Assembly: GCA_964440505.1 (NCBI GenBank)
Contig: CAYTSP010000257.1
Coordinates: 8,756 to 72,755 of the forward strand
Reading direction: 5' to 3'
Origin: an uncultured Nitrospinaceae bacterium
Lineage (GTDB): Bacteria; UBA8248
Length of the DNA stretch: 64,000 nucleotides
In this document: piece after piece, positions 11,968-22,729 of the stretch
How positions within the stretch are numbered: position 1 is the stretch's first letter
How the letters are laid out: each line of letters opens with the position of its first letter
The notes under the pieces: model-generated
Seen by the model: the letters and a program-made list of their open reading frames with translations, nothing else
Told to the model about the DNA's origin: nothing
Databases searched by the model: none
Position numbers and translations under genes: made by a program

Positions 11968-13542
11968 TCAAGCAGTTTTGGAACCTCCCGCTTCCATGAA
12001 CACTTTCCTTCTCGCCTTGGGAAGGGCTTGTATAATATCGGTTGCCGTGATTCCGAGCCCGCCCACTTCCAGGGACGCCAGTTCGCCAGACAAGCCATGC
12101 AGATAAACCCCGCAAACCAAAGCCCACTTTCGGGAAAGCCCCTGGGCGAGCAAGGCGCCGATGACGCCCGCCAATACATCTCCACTTCCGGCGGTGGCCA
12201 TATTGGAATTTCCAGTGGGGTTGTACCAGATTTCCCCATCCGATGTGGCGACAATCGTTCCCCAGCCCTTCAAGGCGACATCAAGATGGTGGTGCGCAGC
12301 AAATGAGCCCGCATGCGCAACGCGATCTTCCTGCACTTCTCTCGTCGAGATTCCAAGAAGCCTCGCCATTTCTCCAGGATGAGGCGTCAGGATCAGTTGA
12401 GCCAGTCTGCCATCCAGGATGGTCAAATCCTGCGCAAGCGCATTCAGGCCATCGGCATCGAGGACGATGGGAGCATCAACATGCTGGATGAGGCGGTGAA
12501 CAAGCTCGATCGTTCTCGGGTTTGTCATCAGCCCGGGTCCAATGACCAAAGCACTCATGTCTTCTGAGCGCTCGACGACAAAATCGAACGCCGATGCATC
12601 CACAGATCCAGATTCCGTCGCCGGCAAAGATAACGTCATGACTTCAGGATATATGCTCTCCACCAGGGGATAAATACTTTCCGGCACAGCAAGCGTCACC
12701 CGACCAGCACCCGAACGAAGAGCCGACATGGCCGTCATCAAGGCGGCTCCCGACATACCGGGTGCACCAGCTATCAACAAAAGGTGGCCAGCGTCCCCTT
12801 TGTGCGCATCGGGACGTCTTTCCGGCAAATTTTCAGCCACATCAAAAGGTTCCGTAACGTGGAGTGAAATATTTTCTTTTTTCAGACACTCTTGCGGAAT
12901 CCCGATGTCGAGAGACAAGACCTCCCCTACATGCTCTGCAGCAGGCATGAGAAGATGACCCCGTTTGAGAGCGCTTAAAGCCAAGGTGACCTTTGCATTG
13001 ATATATGGAAGTTCAGCCCTGCCTGTAGTGGAGTCGAGCCCGGACGGCATATCAATGGCCACTATCGGGGTCTCGCTGGCAGAAAGGATGCGGACGGCCT
13101 CCTCCGGAAGGCCTCGGGCAGGCGGACGAAACCCGGTCCCCAGAATGGCATCTATTATCAGATCCGCATTATTCCCCATCTCCTCCAACAGTGAGGTGTT
13201 GTCCTCCGCCACCTCGAATATGGGAATTCGCATCTTCTCGAGCGATTTCAAGAAAATGGCCGGGTCACCCGTGGCTTCTCTCAGGGGAAACAAAGCCGCG
13301 ACATCGACATCGGCTCCTGCATTGAGTAAATGTCTGGCAACGACGAAACCATCCCCTCCGTTGTTCCCTTTTCCGCAAACGATCAGAACACGGAGACCGG
13401 CTCTGCCGTATTTTTCCCAGATCTTTTGAGCGGATTTTGCCCCTGCCGCCTCCATCAAGCATGTGGAGGGAATTCCATATTCTTGAATTGCCCGGTTGTC
13501 GATATTCGACATTTCCTGGGCTGTTACGACGGGAATCGGCAT
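11968..13542 (-). CDS. nnr: Bifunctional NAD(P)H-hydrate epimerase / ADP-dependent dehydratase (YjeF-N plus YjeF-C)
   Basis: YjeF-N motif CGKGNNGGDG and the C-terminal carbohydrate-kinase-like domain (GPGL, GSGDVLAG). 524 aa. Confidence 0.88.
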   Translation of the reverse strand: MPIPVVTAQEMSNIDNRAIQEYGIPSTCLMEAAGAKSAQKIWEKYGRAGLRVLIVCGKGNNGGDGFVVARHLLNAGADVDVAALFPLREATGDPAIFLKSLEKMRIPIFEVAEDNTSLLEEMGNNADLIIDAILGTGFRPPARGLPEEAVRILSASETPIVAIDMPSGLDSTTGRAELPYINAKVTLALSALKRGHLLMPAAEHVGEVLSLDIGIPQECLKKENISLHVTEPFDVAENLPERRPDAHKGDAGHLLLIAGAPGMSGAALMTAMSALRSGAGRVTLAVPESIYPLVESIYPEVMTLSLPATESGSVDASAFDFVVERSEDMSALVIGPGLMTNPRTIELVHRLIQHVDAPIVLDADGLNALAQDLTILDGRLAQLILTPHPGEMARLLGISTREVQEDRVAHAGSFAAHHHLDVALKGWGTIVATSDGEIWYNPTGNSNMATAGSGDVLAGVIGALLAQGLSRKWALVCGVYLHGLSGELASLEVGGLGITATDIIQALPKARRKVFMEAGGSKTA

Positions 13543-13544
13543 GC

Positions 13545-14273
13545 TTAGACGGGGCCTGCTCGTTCAATGATATTCGACATCTCGCGCACGGCTCTCTCGA
13601 AACCGACGAAAACAGAATGTGAAACAATGCTGTGGCCAATGTTCAGTTCCTGCAGGTGGGGAAGAGAGGCCACAGCTTCCACATTGAGATACGTGAGGCC
13701 GTGGCCCGCGTGAACGCCGAGGCCGAGGCCGTCGGCCTTTAAGGAAGCCTCTCTGAGTGCGGCCAACTCTTTTTCCTGGGAAAGGTGACCCCCGGCTTCA
13801 GAGTAAGCAGCCGTGTTCAACTCCACGAAATCTGCGTTCAACTCCTTTGCGGCTTCAATTTGCTCGGGGTGCGGGTCGATGAAAAGACTCAAGAGGAGCC
13901 CGGCATTTCGCATCGGCTTCATCAAACCGGCTATCTGTTCGATGTTGCTTGCCACATCCAAGCCGCCCTCCGTCGTTATCTCCTCACGCCGCTCCGGAAC
14001 CAGGGTGACCTGCTCCGGCTTCACATCAAGGGCAATGCCTTGCATTTCCGGTACGGGCGCCATCTCCAGGTTGAGCTTGCCCCGAACCACCTGGCGCATC
14101 AGCCTCAAGTCCCTGTCCTGGATATGCCTTCTGTCTTCACGCAGATGAATGGTGATACCTATGGCTCCCGCACGTTCAGCGATGAGCGCTGCCGCCACCG
14201 GATCGGGCTCATTTGTCTTTCTCGCTTCACGGATGGTGGCGACATGGTCCACATTCACACAGAGTTTAGGCAT
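13545..14273 (-). CDS. pdxJ: Pyridoxine 5'-phosphate synthase
   Basis: N-terminus [18 protein letters not shown] and the PdxJ TIM-barrel pattern. The ORF track starts 6 codons earlier, at 14291. Confidence 0.9.
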   Translation of the reverse strand: MPKLCVNVDHVATIREARKTNEPDPVAAALIAERAGAIGITIHLREDRRHIQDRDLRLMRQVVRGKLNLEMAPVPEMQGIALDVKPEQVTLVPERREEITTEGGLDVASNIEQIAGLMKPMRNAGLLLSLFIDPHPEQIEAAKELNADFVELNTAAYSEAGGHLSQEKELAALREASLKADGLGLGVHAGHGLTYLNVEAVASLPHLQELNIGHSIVSHSVFVGFERAVREMSNIIERAGPV

Positions 14274-14386
14274 CTTTCCCCTCAACACCACAAATGCAAC
14301 ACCATGTTATATGGACGTTCCCGCCCATAGCGCCAGAATCCAGAAACACACTAATGCTCTATCATAAATCGAAATATAGGGAGAAA

Positions 14387-16306
14387 CTAGGCTTGGCCGG
14401 GCGCCAGGTCAGTCGGCGAGGACTGCGGGTCCTCACGAGGTTTTTCCTCCGGTTGTGGTGTAGCCGAAGTGTTTTCTTCGCCAACCTCGTCTTTTCGCTT
14501 TGGGCTCCTGGAAATTTGTCCGGTTTCCATCAAAGACTCGATATCCTTGAGATCGATGGTTTCATACTCGAGCAACGCATTGGCGAGCAAATCGAGCTTA
14601 TCTCGATTTTCCTCAAGCAATTTATACGCTCTCTCATAACTCGACGAAACCATATTCTTCACTTCATTATCAATTTCAAGGGCCACCTGGTCGCTATAGT
14701 CCCTGTGTTGGGAGATTTCACGTCCCAGGAATATCTGCTCATGTTTTTTCCCATATGCCAAAGGACCGAGTTTCTCGCTCATCCCCCATTCACAAACCAT
14801 GCTTCTCGCCAAGTCAGTCGATGTCTGGATGTCGGCTTTCGCTCCTGTCGTTAATTCCTCAAAAACCAACATCTCCGCCGCACGTCCACCCATCAGGCAA
14901 GCAAGCTGGTTCGTCAAAAATGTTTTATCGTTGCTATAGCGATCCTCAAGAGGTGAAGACCACGTGCTTCCCAGCGAAAAACCTCGCGGGATGATCGTCA
15001 CCTTCTCGACGGGATCCGTCCCGGGTATCAGCAATGCAACAAGGGCGTGCCCCGCTTCGTGGTAGGCTGTATTTCTCTTCTCCTTTTCGCTGAGCGCCAT
15101 GCTACGCCGCTCCTTGCCCATCAAGACTTTATCCTTCGCTTCCATCAGGTCTTCATTTTCGACAGAGCGTTTGCCCCGGCGCGCCGCAAGAAGTGCGGAT
15201 TCGTTCAAAAGGTTCGCCAGATCAGCGCCCGCAAAGCGCGGAGTCCCACGCGCTATAAGATTCAAATCGACGGAATCATCAAGCGGCACCTTCTCCGAAT
15301 GCACTTTCAAAATCGCCAAGCGCCCTTTAATGTCAGGCAGGGAGACAACAATCTGGCGGTCAAAGCGACCTGGACGGAGGAGAGCCGGATCCAACACGTC
15401 CGGCCGGTTCGTCGCCGCCATCAGGATGACCCCGTCATTCGATTCAAAACCATCCATCTCGACAAGAAGCTGATTGAGCGTCTGCTCACGCTCATCGTGG
15501 CCGCCACCGAGGCCGGCGCCCCTGTGCCGCCCGACAGCATCAATCTCATCAATGAAAATAATGCACGGCGCATTCGACTTGCCCTGTTCGAACAAATCCC
15601 GAACCCTCGACGCCCCAACCCCGACAAACATCTCCACAAAACTAGAGCCGCTTATCGAAAAAAACGGCACATCCGCTTCGCCCGCGATGGCGCGCGCCAG
15701 CAGGGTTTTGCCCGTGCCGGGAGGACCAACCATAAGAACACCCTTGGGAATACGTGCGCCCAGGCGCGTGAACTTTTGCGGATCGCGGAGAAAATCAACG
15801 AGCTCTTCGAGCTCTTCCTTTGCTTCCTCGATGCCGGCCACATCCGCGAACGTAATCTTTTTCTTCGCGGATTCGGGCATCATACGCGCTTTGCTTTTTC
15901 CGAACGAAAGAGCCTTGGAGCCGCCCATTTGCATCTGACGCATGAAGAAAATCCAAACGCCCAGCATCACCAGCATAGGCAGCCAACTCAACAACATATT
16001 CATATACCAGGAGTTTTGTTCTACCGGCTGTGCCGTGATGCGAACTCCCTTGGCCCTGAGGGTGTCGATCAATTTCGGGTCCTTTGGAGCGTGGGTATGG
16101 AAGGATCTGCCGCTAAGGTAGCGGCCCCGGATGTTGTCACCCTGGACAATCACTTCGCTCACCTGTCCTTCAGATACCGCTTGCAGAAAATCGCTATAAA
16201 CAACCGTTCTGTCCGTCGAACGTGGGCTGTTGAAGGCCTGGAACAAACCCACCATTATCAACCCGATAATCAGCCAAAGTGCCAAATTCTTGTAAAATTG
16301 ATTCAA
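14387..16306 (-). CDS. ftsH: ATP-dependent zinc metalloprotease FtsH
   Basis: Two N-terminal TM segments, AAA Walker [12 protein letters not shown], zinc motif HEAGHAL. 639 aa. Confidence 0.95.
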   Translation of the reverse strand: MNQFYKNLALWLIIGLIMVGLFQAFNSPRSTDRTVVYSDFLQAVSEGQVSEVIVQGDNIRGRYLSGRSFHTHAPKDPKLIDTLRAKGVRITAQPVEQNSWYMNMLLSWLPMLVMLGVWIFFMRQMQMGGSKALSFGKSKARMMPESAKKKITFADVAGIEEAKEELEELVDFLRDPQKFTRLGARIPKGVLMVGPPGTGKTLLARAIAGEADVPFFSISGSSFVEMFVGVGASRVRDLFEQGKSNAPCIIFIDEIDAVGRHRGAGLGGGHDEREQTLNQLLVEMDGFESNDGVILMAATNRPDVLDPALLRPGRFDRQIVVSLPDIKGRLAILKVHSEKVPLDDSVDLNLIARGTPRFAGADLANLLNESALLAARRGKRSVENEDLMEAKDKVLMGKERRSMALSEKEKRNTAYHEAGHALVALLIPGTDPVEKVTIIPRGFSLGSTWSSPLEDRYSNDKTFLTNQLACLMGGRAAEMLVFEELTTGAKADIQTSTDLARSMVCEWGMSEKLGPLAYGKKHEQIFLGREISQHRDYSDQVALEIDNEVKNMVSSSYERAYKLLEENRDKLDLLANALLEYETIDLKDIESLMETGQISRSPKRKDEVGEENTSATPQPEEKPREDPQSSPTDLAPGQA

Positions 16307-16402
16307 AATGCCTTCCTTCTTGTGCGGTTGAGCGGCTCTCTAAACCCTGAAAGCACGTTATCAGGATTTTTCTCATCCGTCTACGAGTTAAACTTCAAAT
16401 CA

Positions 16403-17887
16403 CTAGGCCAACGAACTTAAGAACTTACTATCTTCATTCTCCAGCAACGCTTTAAGGGTAACCCCCTGTTTTTCATTCCCATCAAGCTGGAATTCCGCTG
16501 AAACCTGATGGCCTATGATCCATGCCACCTTATCTCCTACGGTCAGGAGAGGTATCCGATTCCTGAAGGCTCTCGGTATTTTTTGTTCTATGAAGTAATC
16601 CTTGAGTTTCTTCTCTTTTGTACGTCCCAAAGGATGGAATCGATCTCCATCGCGCCGGGTCCGGATACAGGCATCCACCCCCACCTTTTCCAGATCAAAC
16701 CGTGCCTCCCATGCCCCTTTTGTGTGATGCGTGAAATCGCATGAAGCTTCAATTTCTAAACATAGTGAATGATGAACCGTCTTTCCCGGAATCCGCAGCC
16801 TTTGCTCCTCAAGCAGCTTAGACTCAATAGGGGAACAACCGAAGATCAGACGGTCATATTCCCTTCTCGCCACCAAGCCACCTGGCAAACTCAACACTCC
16901 TGAGGGCTTGTCCCCCATTGCCAGGCCATCCAGGTCTTCAATCCATTTTCGCAGAGCACGCCTGCGGGCGTGAGCAGGCGATTCGTCCCTGAGCATGTTC
17001 AGCACCGAGCGCCAAAGCTCGGCTCTAAGCAATTGAGAGAGTTCTTTCACCTCTCGTAAAGGAAAAATAACGAGTTCCTCATTATCCTCACGGATGAATT
17101 TCGCACTCAAATCCTTGGACATTTCATCCATGAGAGAGATGAGCGGGGCCGATATCTCTGCACTCTTGGCAATTCCGCTGACAGCCGCATCGCCTATATG
17201 TTCTCGTACGACTGGCATAATTTTTTTGCGTATCCGGTTTCTGAGGCGGCTCTCGTCTGCATTCATTTCATCCTCGACCCAAGTGATGCCCTGCGCCTCC
17301 AAATACTCCAAAATCTCCTTGCGCGACACATTCAGCAAGGGGCGGATGATGTGGAACCCGTCTTCTCCTTTCGACGAAAATGGGGTCCGCCACTTCATGC
17401 CTGAAATCCCTCTCACGCCTGCTCCTTCAAATAAACGCATGAGCACGGTTTCAGCTTGATCATCTATGTTGTGGGCCAACGCGAGGGTATCGGCGCCAAT
17501 CTCCTTGGCGACCGTCAGAAAAGCCAAACGTCTCGATTCGCGAGCAGCTCCTTCGAGTCCCAATTGCGCTATCCGAGACACACGAACATGCTCGCAACGG
17601 AAATCAATGTCGTAGAGCTGACACACATGCCTGGCATGCTCAGCGTCTTTTTTCGACAGGCTCCCGCGGAGCCCGTGTTCGATATGAACAGCACACAAAG
17701 GCTGTGATTCCGGCAGAAGCGACTTTAAGGACATCAAAAGAGCTGTGGAATCCGCGCCACCGGAAAAACCAACGAGCAAAGGGGTAAACCTGGCCTTATA
17801 AACCGATTTCCTGAGACCCTTTCTCACCTTGGTCTCAAATATTTTTTTTACTTTCAAGGAAGTTCCTTGCGAGGCGCCTGACATCAC
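16403..17887 (-). CDS. tilS: tRNA(Ile)-lysidine synthetase
   Basis: PP-loop SGGADS and the TilS C-terminal domain (RxGDRFxPLG...KKLKDYFI). 494 aa. Confidence 0.88.
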   Translation of the reverse strand: MMSGASQGTSLKVKKIFETKVRKGLRKSVYKARFTPLLVGFSGGADSTALLMSLKSLLPESQPLCAVHIEHGLRGSLSKKDAEHARHVCQLYDIDFRCEHVRVSRIAQLGLEGAARESRRLAFLTVAKEIGADTLALAHNIDDQAETVLMRLFEGAGVRGISGMKWRTPFSSKGEDGFHIIRPLLNVSRKEILEYLEAQGITWVEDEMNADESRLRNRIRKKIMPVVREHIGDAAVSGIAKSAEISAPLISLMDEMSKDLSAKFIREDNEELVIFPLREVKELSQLLRAELWRSVLNMLRDESPAHARRRALRKWIEDLDGLAMGDKPSGVLSLPGGLVARREYDRLIFGCSPIESKLLEEQRLRIPGKTVHHSLCLEIEASCDFTHHTKGAWEARFDLEKVGVDACIRTRRDGDRFHPLGRTKEKKLKDYFIEQKIPRAFRNRIPLLTVGDKVAWIIGHQVSAEFQLDGNEKQGVTLKALLENEDSKFLSSLA

Positions 17888-17918
17888 CTGAGATATCCTC
17901 CCCTAAGCGGCGAGGAAA

Positions 17919-17995
17919 TGGTAGCGGCGGAGGGACTTGAACCCCCAACACTACGGATATGAGCCGTATGCTCTAACCGGTTGAGCTACGCCGCC
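17919..17995 (-). tRNA. tRNA with CAU anticodon: elongator tRNA-Met or lysidine-modified tRNA-Ile2. Not an initiator.
   Basis: Hand-folded cloverleaf on the minus strand: acceptor GGCGGCG/CGCCGCU, D-stem GCUC/GAGC, anticodon stem UACGG/CCGUA with loop CUCAUAU, T-stem GGGGG/CCCUC with loop UUCAAGU, 3' CCA encoded. G1-U72 pairs and the anticodon stem lacks three G-C pairs, so it is not tRNA-fMet. The 3' end is 31 nt upstream of the tilS start, same strand. Confidence 0.85.
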
Positions 17996-18532
17996 AGAAT
18001 GCACCCCGTCAGGGAGATTGCTTGGGTCGGAATATGGCGAAAAAAAACATGGCCGAGAGAATATAGAAAAAAACCTGCATGCCAACATCTTCAAAGCGAA
18101 AACCCGCCATCAAGCACAAGTATCCCAAAAAGAGCAAGATCAGAATTTCGATTTCACGCCTCATTTGTCATTTGCTCCCCGTTCTAGGCCTTCGGACGAA
18201 GATGGTATTTCCTTCGATTGCGTTTGCTGTAATCTCAAGTCCGGTGAAAATTCCGGACAAAAAATCGCCCCGTTCGGTTCATTACGATACTTCAGGCGGC
18301 AACCCTCTCGCCAAGCACAAACAGCGCACTCGCGAACTCCCTGGTAGGCCACGCTCAAATATCTCCTTCCAAAATTCCGGCTTCACTACAGGAGCAGAAT
18401 ATAAATGCCTGGAACCGAAAACGTCAAGTTTTCTATTTTTTCGGCTTTCCCTTGCCATAACCCCAGAGCCGAACAGCACTCCATGGAAAAACCCATAAAC
18501 TGCTTCAAAACAAAACCTGAAAACCTTGCAAA

Positions 18533-20248
18533 TTAACTGCCGGATTTCATTTCTTCGGAAACCAGATTTTTCAAAAAAGCCACCGACTCGCTAATCGCTA
18601 CAAGTTGGGTCTCTCCCGTCCTTCTCGATTTTATCTCGATTTTACCTTCCTTGAGACCTCTGGGGCCGATGACCGCTTTGTAAGGGAACCCGATGAGATC
18701 GGCATCCTTGAATTTCACGCCCGGGCGCTCATCCCTGTCATCAAGTGCGACATCCAGCCCTGCGGTCCCGAGCGAGTCGTAGATGTGGTCGCAAACCTTC
18801 ATGGTTTCATCATCCACCCTCACCGGAATGATGTCCACATGATATGGAGCGATGGGAGTAGGCCAGATGATGCCGTCCTCATCATGGTTCTGCTCTATGG
18901 CCGCCGCGACTGTTCGGCCTACGCCGATGCCATAACAGCCCATGACGATAGTGTGCGTCTCGCCATTCTCGTCCTGATAGGTAGCGTCTAAAGATTCAGA
19001 ATACTTACAACCCAGCTTGAAGACATGCCCCACTTCGATGCCGCGCCTGATGCTGAGCCTCGCCTCGCATTTGGGGCAGGCATCTCCTTCCTGGGCAACA
19101 GTGAGGTCTGCAAATATGCCTGCAGCAAAGTCACGACCCTCGCGAGCGCCTGTGTAGTGATAGTCCGTTTGATTTGCCCCGACAATGAGCCCTTCGCGAT
19201 TTTCAATGCTGTAATCAGCCACAAGCCGGACATCCGACAAGCCTACCGGGCCTGCAAAGCCCACTTCAGAGTTCGTAAGCTTCTCTACCGTCTCGGCGTC
19301 GGCAAGCTCGATATCCACTGCATCAAGCGCATTTTTCAGTTTGATCTCATTTAATTCCCTGTGGCCTGGAATCATGGCGGCCACCGGCTCATCATCTGCC
19401 ATATACAAAAGAGTCTTGACCATGCGATATGGGGGAAGAGAGAAAAATTCCGCCACTTCCTCTATGGAATGAGCGCCGGGAGTATGGACTTTTTCAAGTT
19501 CGCCTCCCTCATTCTCGGGCAACTTCAAGGATACCGGCGATTTTTCCACATTCGCTGCGTACCCACACGAATCACAAACGGTGATCGCCTCCTCGCCCGT
19601 ATCGGCCATGACCATGAACTCATGCGAAAAACTCCCGCCGATGGCCCCTGAATCCGCCTCCACAGCACTGAACTTGAGTCCACAGCGCTGAAATATTCGG
19701 GTATAGGCTTGCACCATTTCTTCATAACTTTGCTCCGCGCCCGCCTCATCTCTATCAAAGCTGTAGCCGTCCTTCATCGTAAACTCTCGCCCACGCATCA
19801 CGCCGAAACGGGGCCTGATCTCGTCTCGGAATTTCGTTTGAATCTGATAGAGATTGAGCGGCAGGTCCCGATAACTCCTTACCTCGCGCGCCACCAGATC
19901 GGTGATTACCTCCTCATGCGTGGGTCCCAGACAAAAATCACGCTCATGGCGATCTTTCAAGCGGATCAATTCTTTACCGTATACTTCCCATCGTCCTGTT
20001 TTTCGCCAAAGCTCGGCAGGATTCAGCGTGGGAAGGAAAACTTCTTGCGCTTCTGCGCGATTCAACTCCTCACGCAATATCTGCTCGACCTTGCGCTGCA
20101 CGCGCACGCCGAGGGGCAAAAGCGTATATACGCCTGCCGCCAATCGGCGGATCATGCCTGAGCGCACCATAAGTTTATGGCTGACGACTTCCGCTTCGGC
20201 GGGCGCTTCTTTTAATGTGGGCAAAAAACCTCGTGAGAATCGCATCAA
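18533..20248 (-). CDS. proS: Proline--tRNA ligase
   Basis: Class II aaRS motifs, bacterial-type ProRS with an INS editing domain, 571 aa. Confidence 0.93.
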   Translation of the reverse strand: MMRFSRGFLPTLKEAPAEAEVVSHKLMVRSGMIRRLAAGVYTLLPLGVRVQRKVEQILREELNRAEAQEVFLPTLNPAELWRKTGRWEVYGKELIRLKDRHERDFCLGPTHEEVITDLVAREVRSYRDLPLNLYQIQTKFRDEIRPRFGVMRGREFTMKDGYSFDRDEAGAEQSYEEMVQAYTRIFQRCGLKFSAVEADSGAIGGSFSHEFMVMADTGEEAITVCDSCGYAANVEKSPVSLKLPENEGGELEKVHTPGAHSIEEVAEFFSLPPYRMVKTLLYMADDEPVAAMIPGHRELNEIKLKNALDAVDIELADAETVEKLTNSEVGFAGPVGLSDVRLVADYSIENREGLIVGANQTDYHYTGAREGRDFAAGIFADLTVAQEGDACPKCEARLSIRRGIEVGHVFKLGCKYSESLDATYQDENGETHTIVMGCYGIGVGRTVAAAIEQNHDEDGIIWPTPIAPYHVDIIPVRVDDETMKVCDHIYDSLGTAGLDVALDDRDERPGVKFKDADLIGFPYKAVIGPRGLKEGKIEIKSRRTGETQLVAISESVAFLKNLVSEEMKSGS

Positions 20249-20258
20249 TCAGATTTTC

Positions 20259-21503
20259 TTAGGAGTGAGTTACCTCAAATTGACCTTTTTCGTATTGCTC
20301 CGCAAGTTGCTCCACGCGTTCAACCAAGTTTTTCTTGATGTCCTCATAGGATACCAGACCTGACTTTTCACCTTTCATGAAAATCAGAGCGCGCTTATGG
20401 CCGCCGGCCACGCCGATGTCGGCATCTCTCGCCTCACCAGGACCGTTCACCTCGCAACCCATGACGGCCACTGTAATAGGTGCATCAATATGGGCAAGCT
20501 CCTGCTCTACTTCCATGGTGAGCTTATCCACGTCAATTTGAACACGTCCGCACGATGGACACGCAACAACATTCACGCCCTTTTGGCGCAACTTCAGGCT
20601 TTTCAGAATTTCGTAGCCCACGCGCACCTCTTCCACCGGATCCGCCGCCAAGGAAACGCGAATTGTGTCACCGATACCTTCCGAGAGCAGAATGCCCAGG
20701 CCGACAGAGCTTTTTATGCTGCCCGTCTGGAGGCTCCCACTCTCCGTGATGCCCAGATGGAGAGGATACTCGACGCGTTTCGCCATCAAACGATAGGCTT
20801 TTACCGTCCTCGCGACATCGGAGGCCTTCAAAGAGATCTTCGTGTCATAAAAGCTTCGCTTCTCCAGCATGGCGACATGGCGCAACCCACTCTCCACCAT
20901 CGCTTCGGGCGTTGCACCGCCGAAACGATCAAGCAGATGTTTTTCCAGGGAACCGGCGTTCACACCAACGCGGATGGGCAAGCCATTGCCTTTCGCCGCA
21001 GCGACGACTTCGCTCACCCTTTCTTCCCCGTTGATGTTGCCGGGGTTGATGCGCAGGCAATCGATCCCCGCATCCGCCGCCATCAAGGCATAGCGATAGT
21101 CGAAGTGGATATCCGCCACCAAGGGCATCTCGGTGCGTTTCCTGATTTCAGAGAGCGCATTGGCCGACTTCTCGTCAGGAACGGCCAGACGAACAATTTC
21201 ACACCCCGCAGCTTCCAGTCGCTCTATTTGGTCTACGGTCCCCTCCACATCATGCGTGTAGGTGTTGCACATCGATTGCACCACGATGGGAGCACCACCA
21301 CCGATTTTGACGCCGCGAACTTCTACTTGAGAGCTTCTTCGTCGATTGAGAGGGAACAAGGAAGGATCCGCACAAGGCAACGCCTCGGTGGTGTCATCCG
21401 CTCCAAGCACCGGCAAAGCGGCGCTGCTTTGCTCTTTAAGTGGCAGGCCAATCCCCGGTATGGGTTTGGTGTAAAACACGTCGTCCGTAAATGGCTCAAA
21501 CAA
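20259..21503 (-). CDS. ispG: 4-hydroxy-3-methylbut-2-en-1-yl diphosphate synthase (flavodoxin)
   Basis: The conserved IspG core starts at about VKIGGGAPIVVQSMCNT. C-terminal CPSCGR 4Fe-4S motif. The ORF carries about 50 non-conserved N-terminal residues, so the true start may be internal and non-ATG. Confidence 0.9.
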   Translation of the reverse strand: MFEPFTDDVFYTKPIPGIGLPLKEQSSAALPVLGADDTTEALPCADPSLFPLNRRRSSQVEVRGVKIGGGAPIVVQSMCNTYTHDVEGTVDQIERLEAAGCEIVRLAVPDEKSANALSEIRKRTEMPLVADIHFDYRYALMAADAGIDCLRINPGNINGEERVSEVVAAAKGNGLPIRVGVNAGSLEKHLLDRFGGATPEAMVESGLRHVAMLEKRSFYDTKISLKASDVARTVKAYRLMAKRVEYPLHLGITESGSLQTGSIKSSVGLGILLSEGIGDTIRVSLAADPVEEVRVGYEILKSLKLRQKGVNVVACPSCGRVQIDVDKLTMEVEQELAHIDAPITVAVMGCEVNGPGEARDADIGVAGGHKRALIFMKGEKSGLVSYEDIKKNLVERVEQLAEQYEKGQFEVTHS

Positions 21504-21514
21504 TGCACAAGCCC

Positions 21515-22711
21515 CTATTCGCTTTTTCTGCTCCCAGGAGACGATTTCGTTGCGTCCTTCATTTTCTCTACCTGCTTCTCTTGTTTCGTTATCGTTGACG
21601 ATTCACTACCGAAAAGATAATACACGCTGTCCTTATAGGTGGCAAAGATCATCAAACCGATGAGCAGAACGGTGCCGACCTGCATGGCCAACTCCCGGAC
21701 TCTCAGGCTAATAGGTTTGCCACGCAAGCCTTCAATAAGCAAGAAAAAAATATGCCCGCCATCGAGAACCGGAATTGGCAGCAAGTTCAAAATCGCCAGA
21801 TTGATGCTGAGCAAAATCGTAAACATGACAAGGTAGCGGAATCCGCGCTGCGCCTGCTCCGCGGCCACCACCGAGATACGGATCGGCCCTCCGATGTCCG
21901 CAGGAATGGTCTTCGTCAGCATCGAATACAACGTAATGACCGTTAAGCTGGCGATGCGGTAGTTTTGCTCAAAACCCTTTCCCAAAGACTCCAGGAAGCC
22001 AAAACGCTCGGTGTAGGTGCCTTGCCCGATACTGATCCCAATCCGGCCGTAACCCAGCTCTTTCCCCGTCGCGCTCTTCGATGTCGGAATGATGGGAGTT
22101 TCGAAGGATTTGCGGCCGCGCTCCACCGTCAACACAAGTTTTTTGTCGGCATTTCTTCGTATAATTTCGACAAGCTCGGACCATTTTTGAATTCGCGTCC
22201 CATCAATAGCCACGATGTGATCGCCGGTTTGAAGCTTCGCATTCTGCGCAGGCGTATCAGGTAATACACCACCTACCCACGTTCCGGGCACTGGAATCCC
22301 ACCAAGGTGCAATCCCCAACTGAGGAGTATGGCCAGGACGACATTGAACAAGGGTCCTGCCGAAATGACAGCCAATCGGTGGCTCACAGGGCGCAAGTAA
22401 AAAGATTTCTCCGGCTCATCCGGTTCTTTGGGCGCATCGGGATTATCAGGTTGCGCTTCCGGGTCTTCTCCCACGAGCTTCACATAGCCACCCAGGGGAA
22501 TCAGCGACACGCGATATTCCGTTTCTCCCCGCTGAAAACCCCAGATGCGGCGACCGAAGCCCAAAGAAAAAGTGGAAACGCCGATTTTAAGCCATTTCGC
22601 AACGAGATGATGGCCCAACTCATGGATAAAAATGAGCAACCCCAGAACCAGTACTGCCCAGAAAATCGTTTGCCCGAACCCCATCACCCAGTTTATGATT
22701 TGCATCGCCAT
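21515..22711 (-). CDS. rseP: RIP metalloprotease RseP (site-2 protease, single PDZ)
   Basis: HELGHH zinc motif in TM1, a PDZ domain, C-terminal LDGG motif. 398 aa. Confidence 0.85.
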   Translation of the reverse strand: MAMQIINWVMGFGQTIFWAVLVLGLLIFIHELGHHLVAKWLKIGVSTFSLGFGRRIWGFQRGETEYRVSLIPLGGYVKLVGEDPEAQPDNPDAPKEPDEPEKSFYLRPVSHRLAVISAGPLFNVVLAILLSWGLHLGGIPVPGTWVGGVLPDTPAQNAKLQTGDHIVAIDGTRIQKWSELVEIIRRNADKKLVLTVERGRKSFETPIIPTSKSATGKELGYGRIGISIGQGTYTERFGFLESLGKGFEQNYRIASLTVITLYSMLTKTIPADIGGPIRISVVAAEQAQRGFRYLVMFTILLSINLAILNLLPIPVLDGGHIFFLLIEGLRGKPISLRVRELAMQVGTVLLIGLMIFATYKDSVYYLFGSESSTITKQEKQVEKMKDATKSSPGSRKSE

Positions 22712-22729
22712 TCTCGAGTAAGTCCTTAT

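Noticed and set aside
17919-17995. Initiator tRNA-fMet assignment for the CAU tRNA
   Set aside because: Positions 1-72 form a G-U pair rather than the C-A mismatch, and the anticodon stem (UACGG/CCGUA) lacks the three consecutive G-C pairs of bacterial initiators.
18440-18532. Rho-independent terminator downstream of proS
   Set aside because: The only hairpin (CGGCUCUGGGG...AAAGCCG) is followed by an A-run on the proS-sense strand and preceded by a T-run on the other strand, so it is not a canonical terminator in either orientation.
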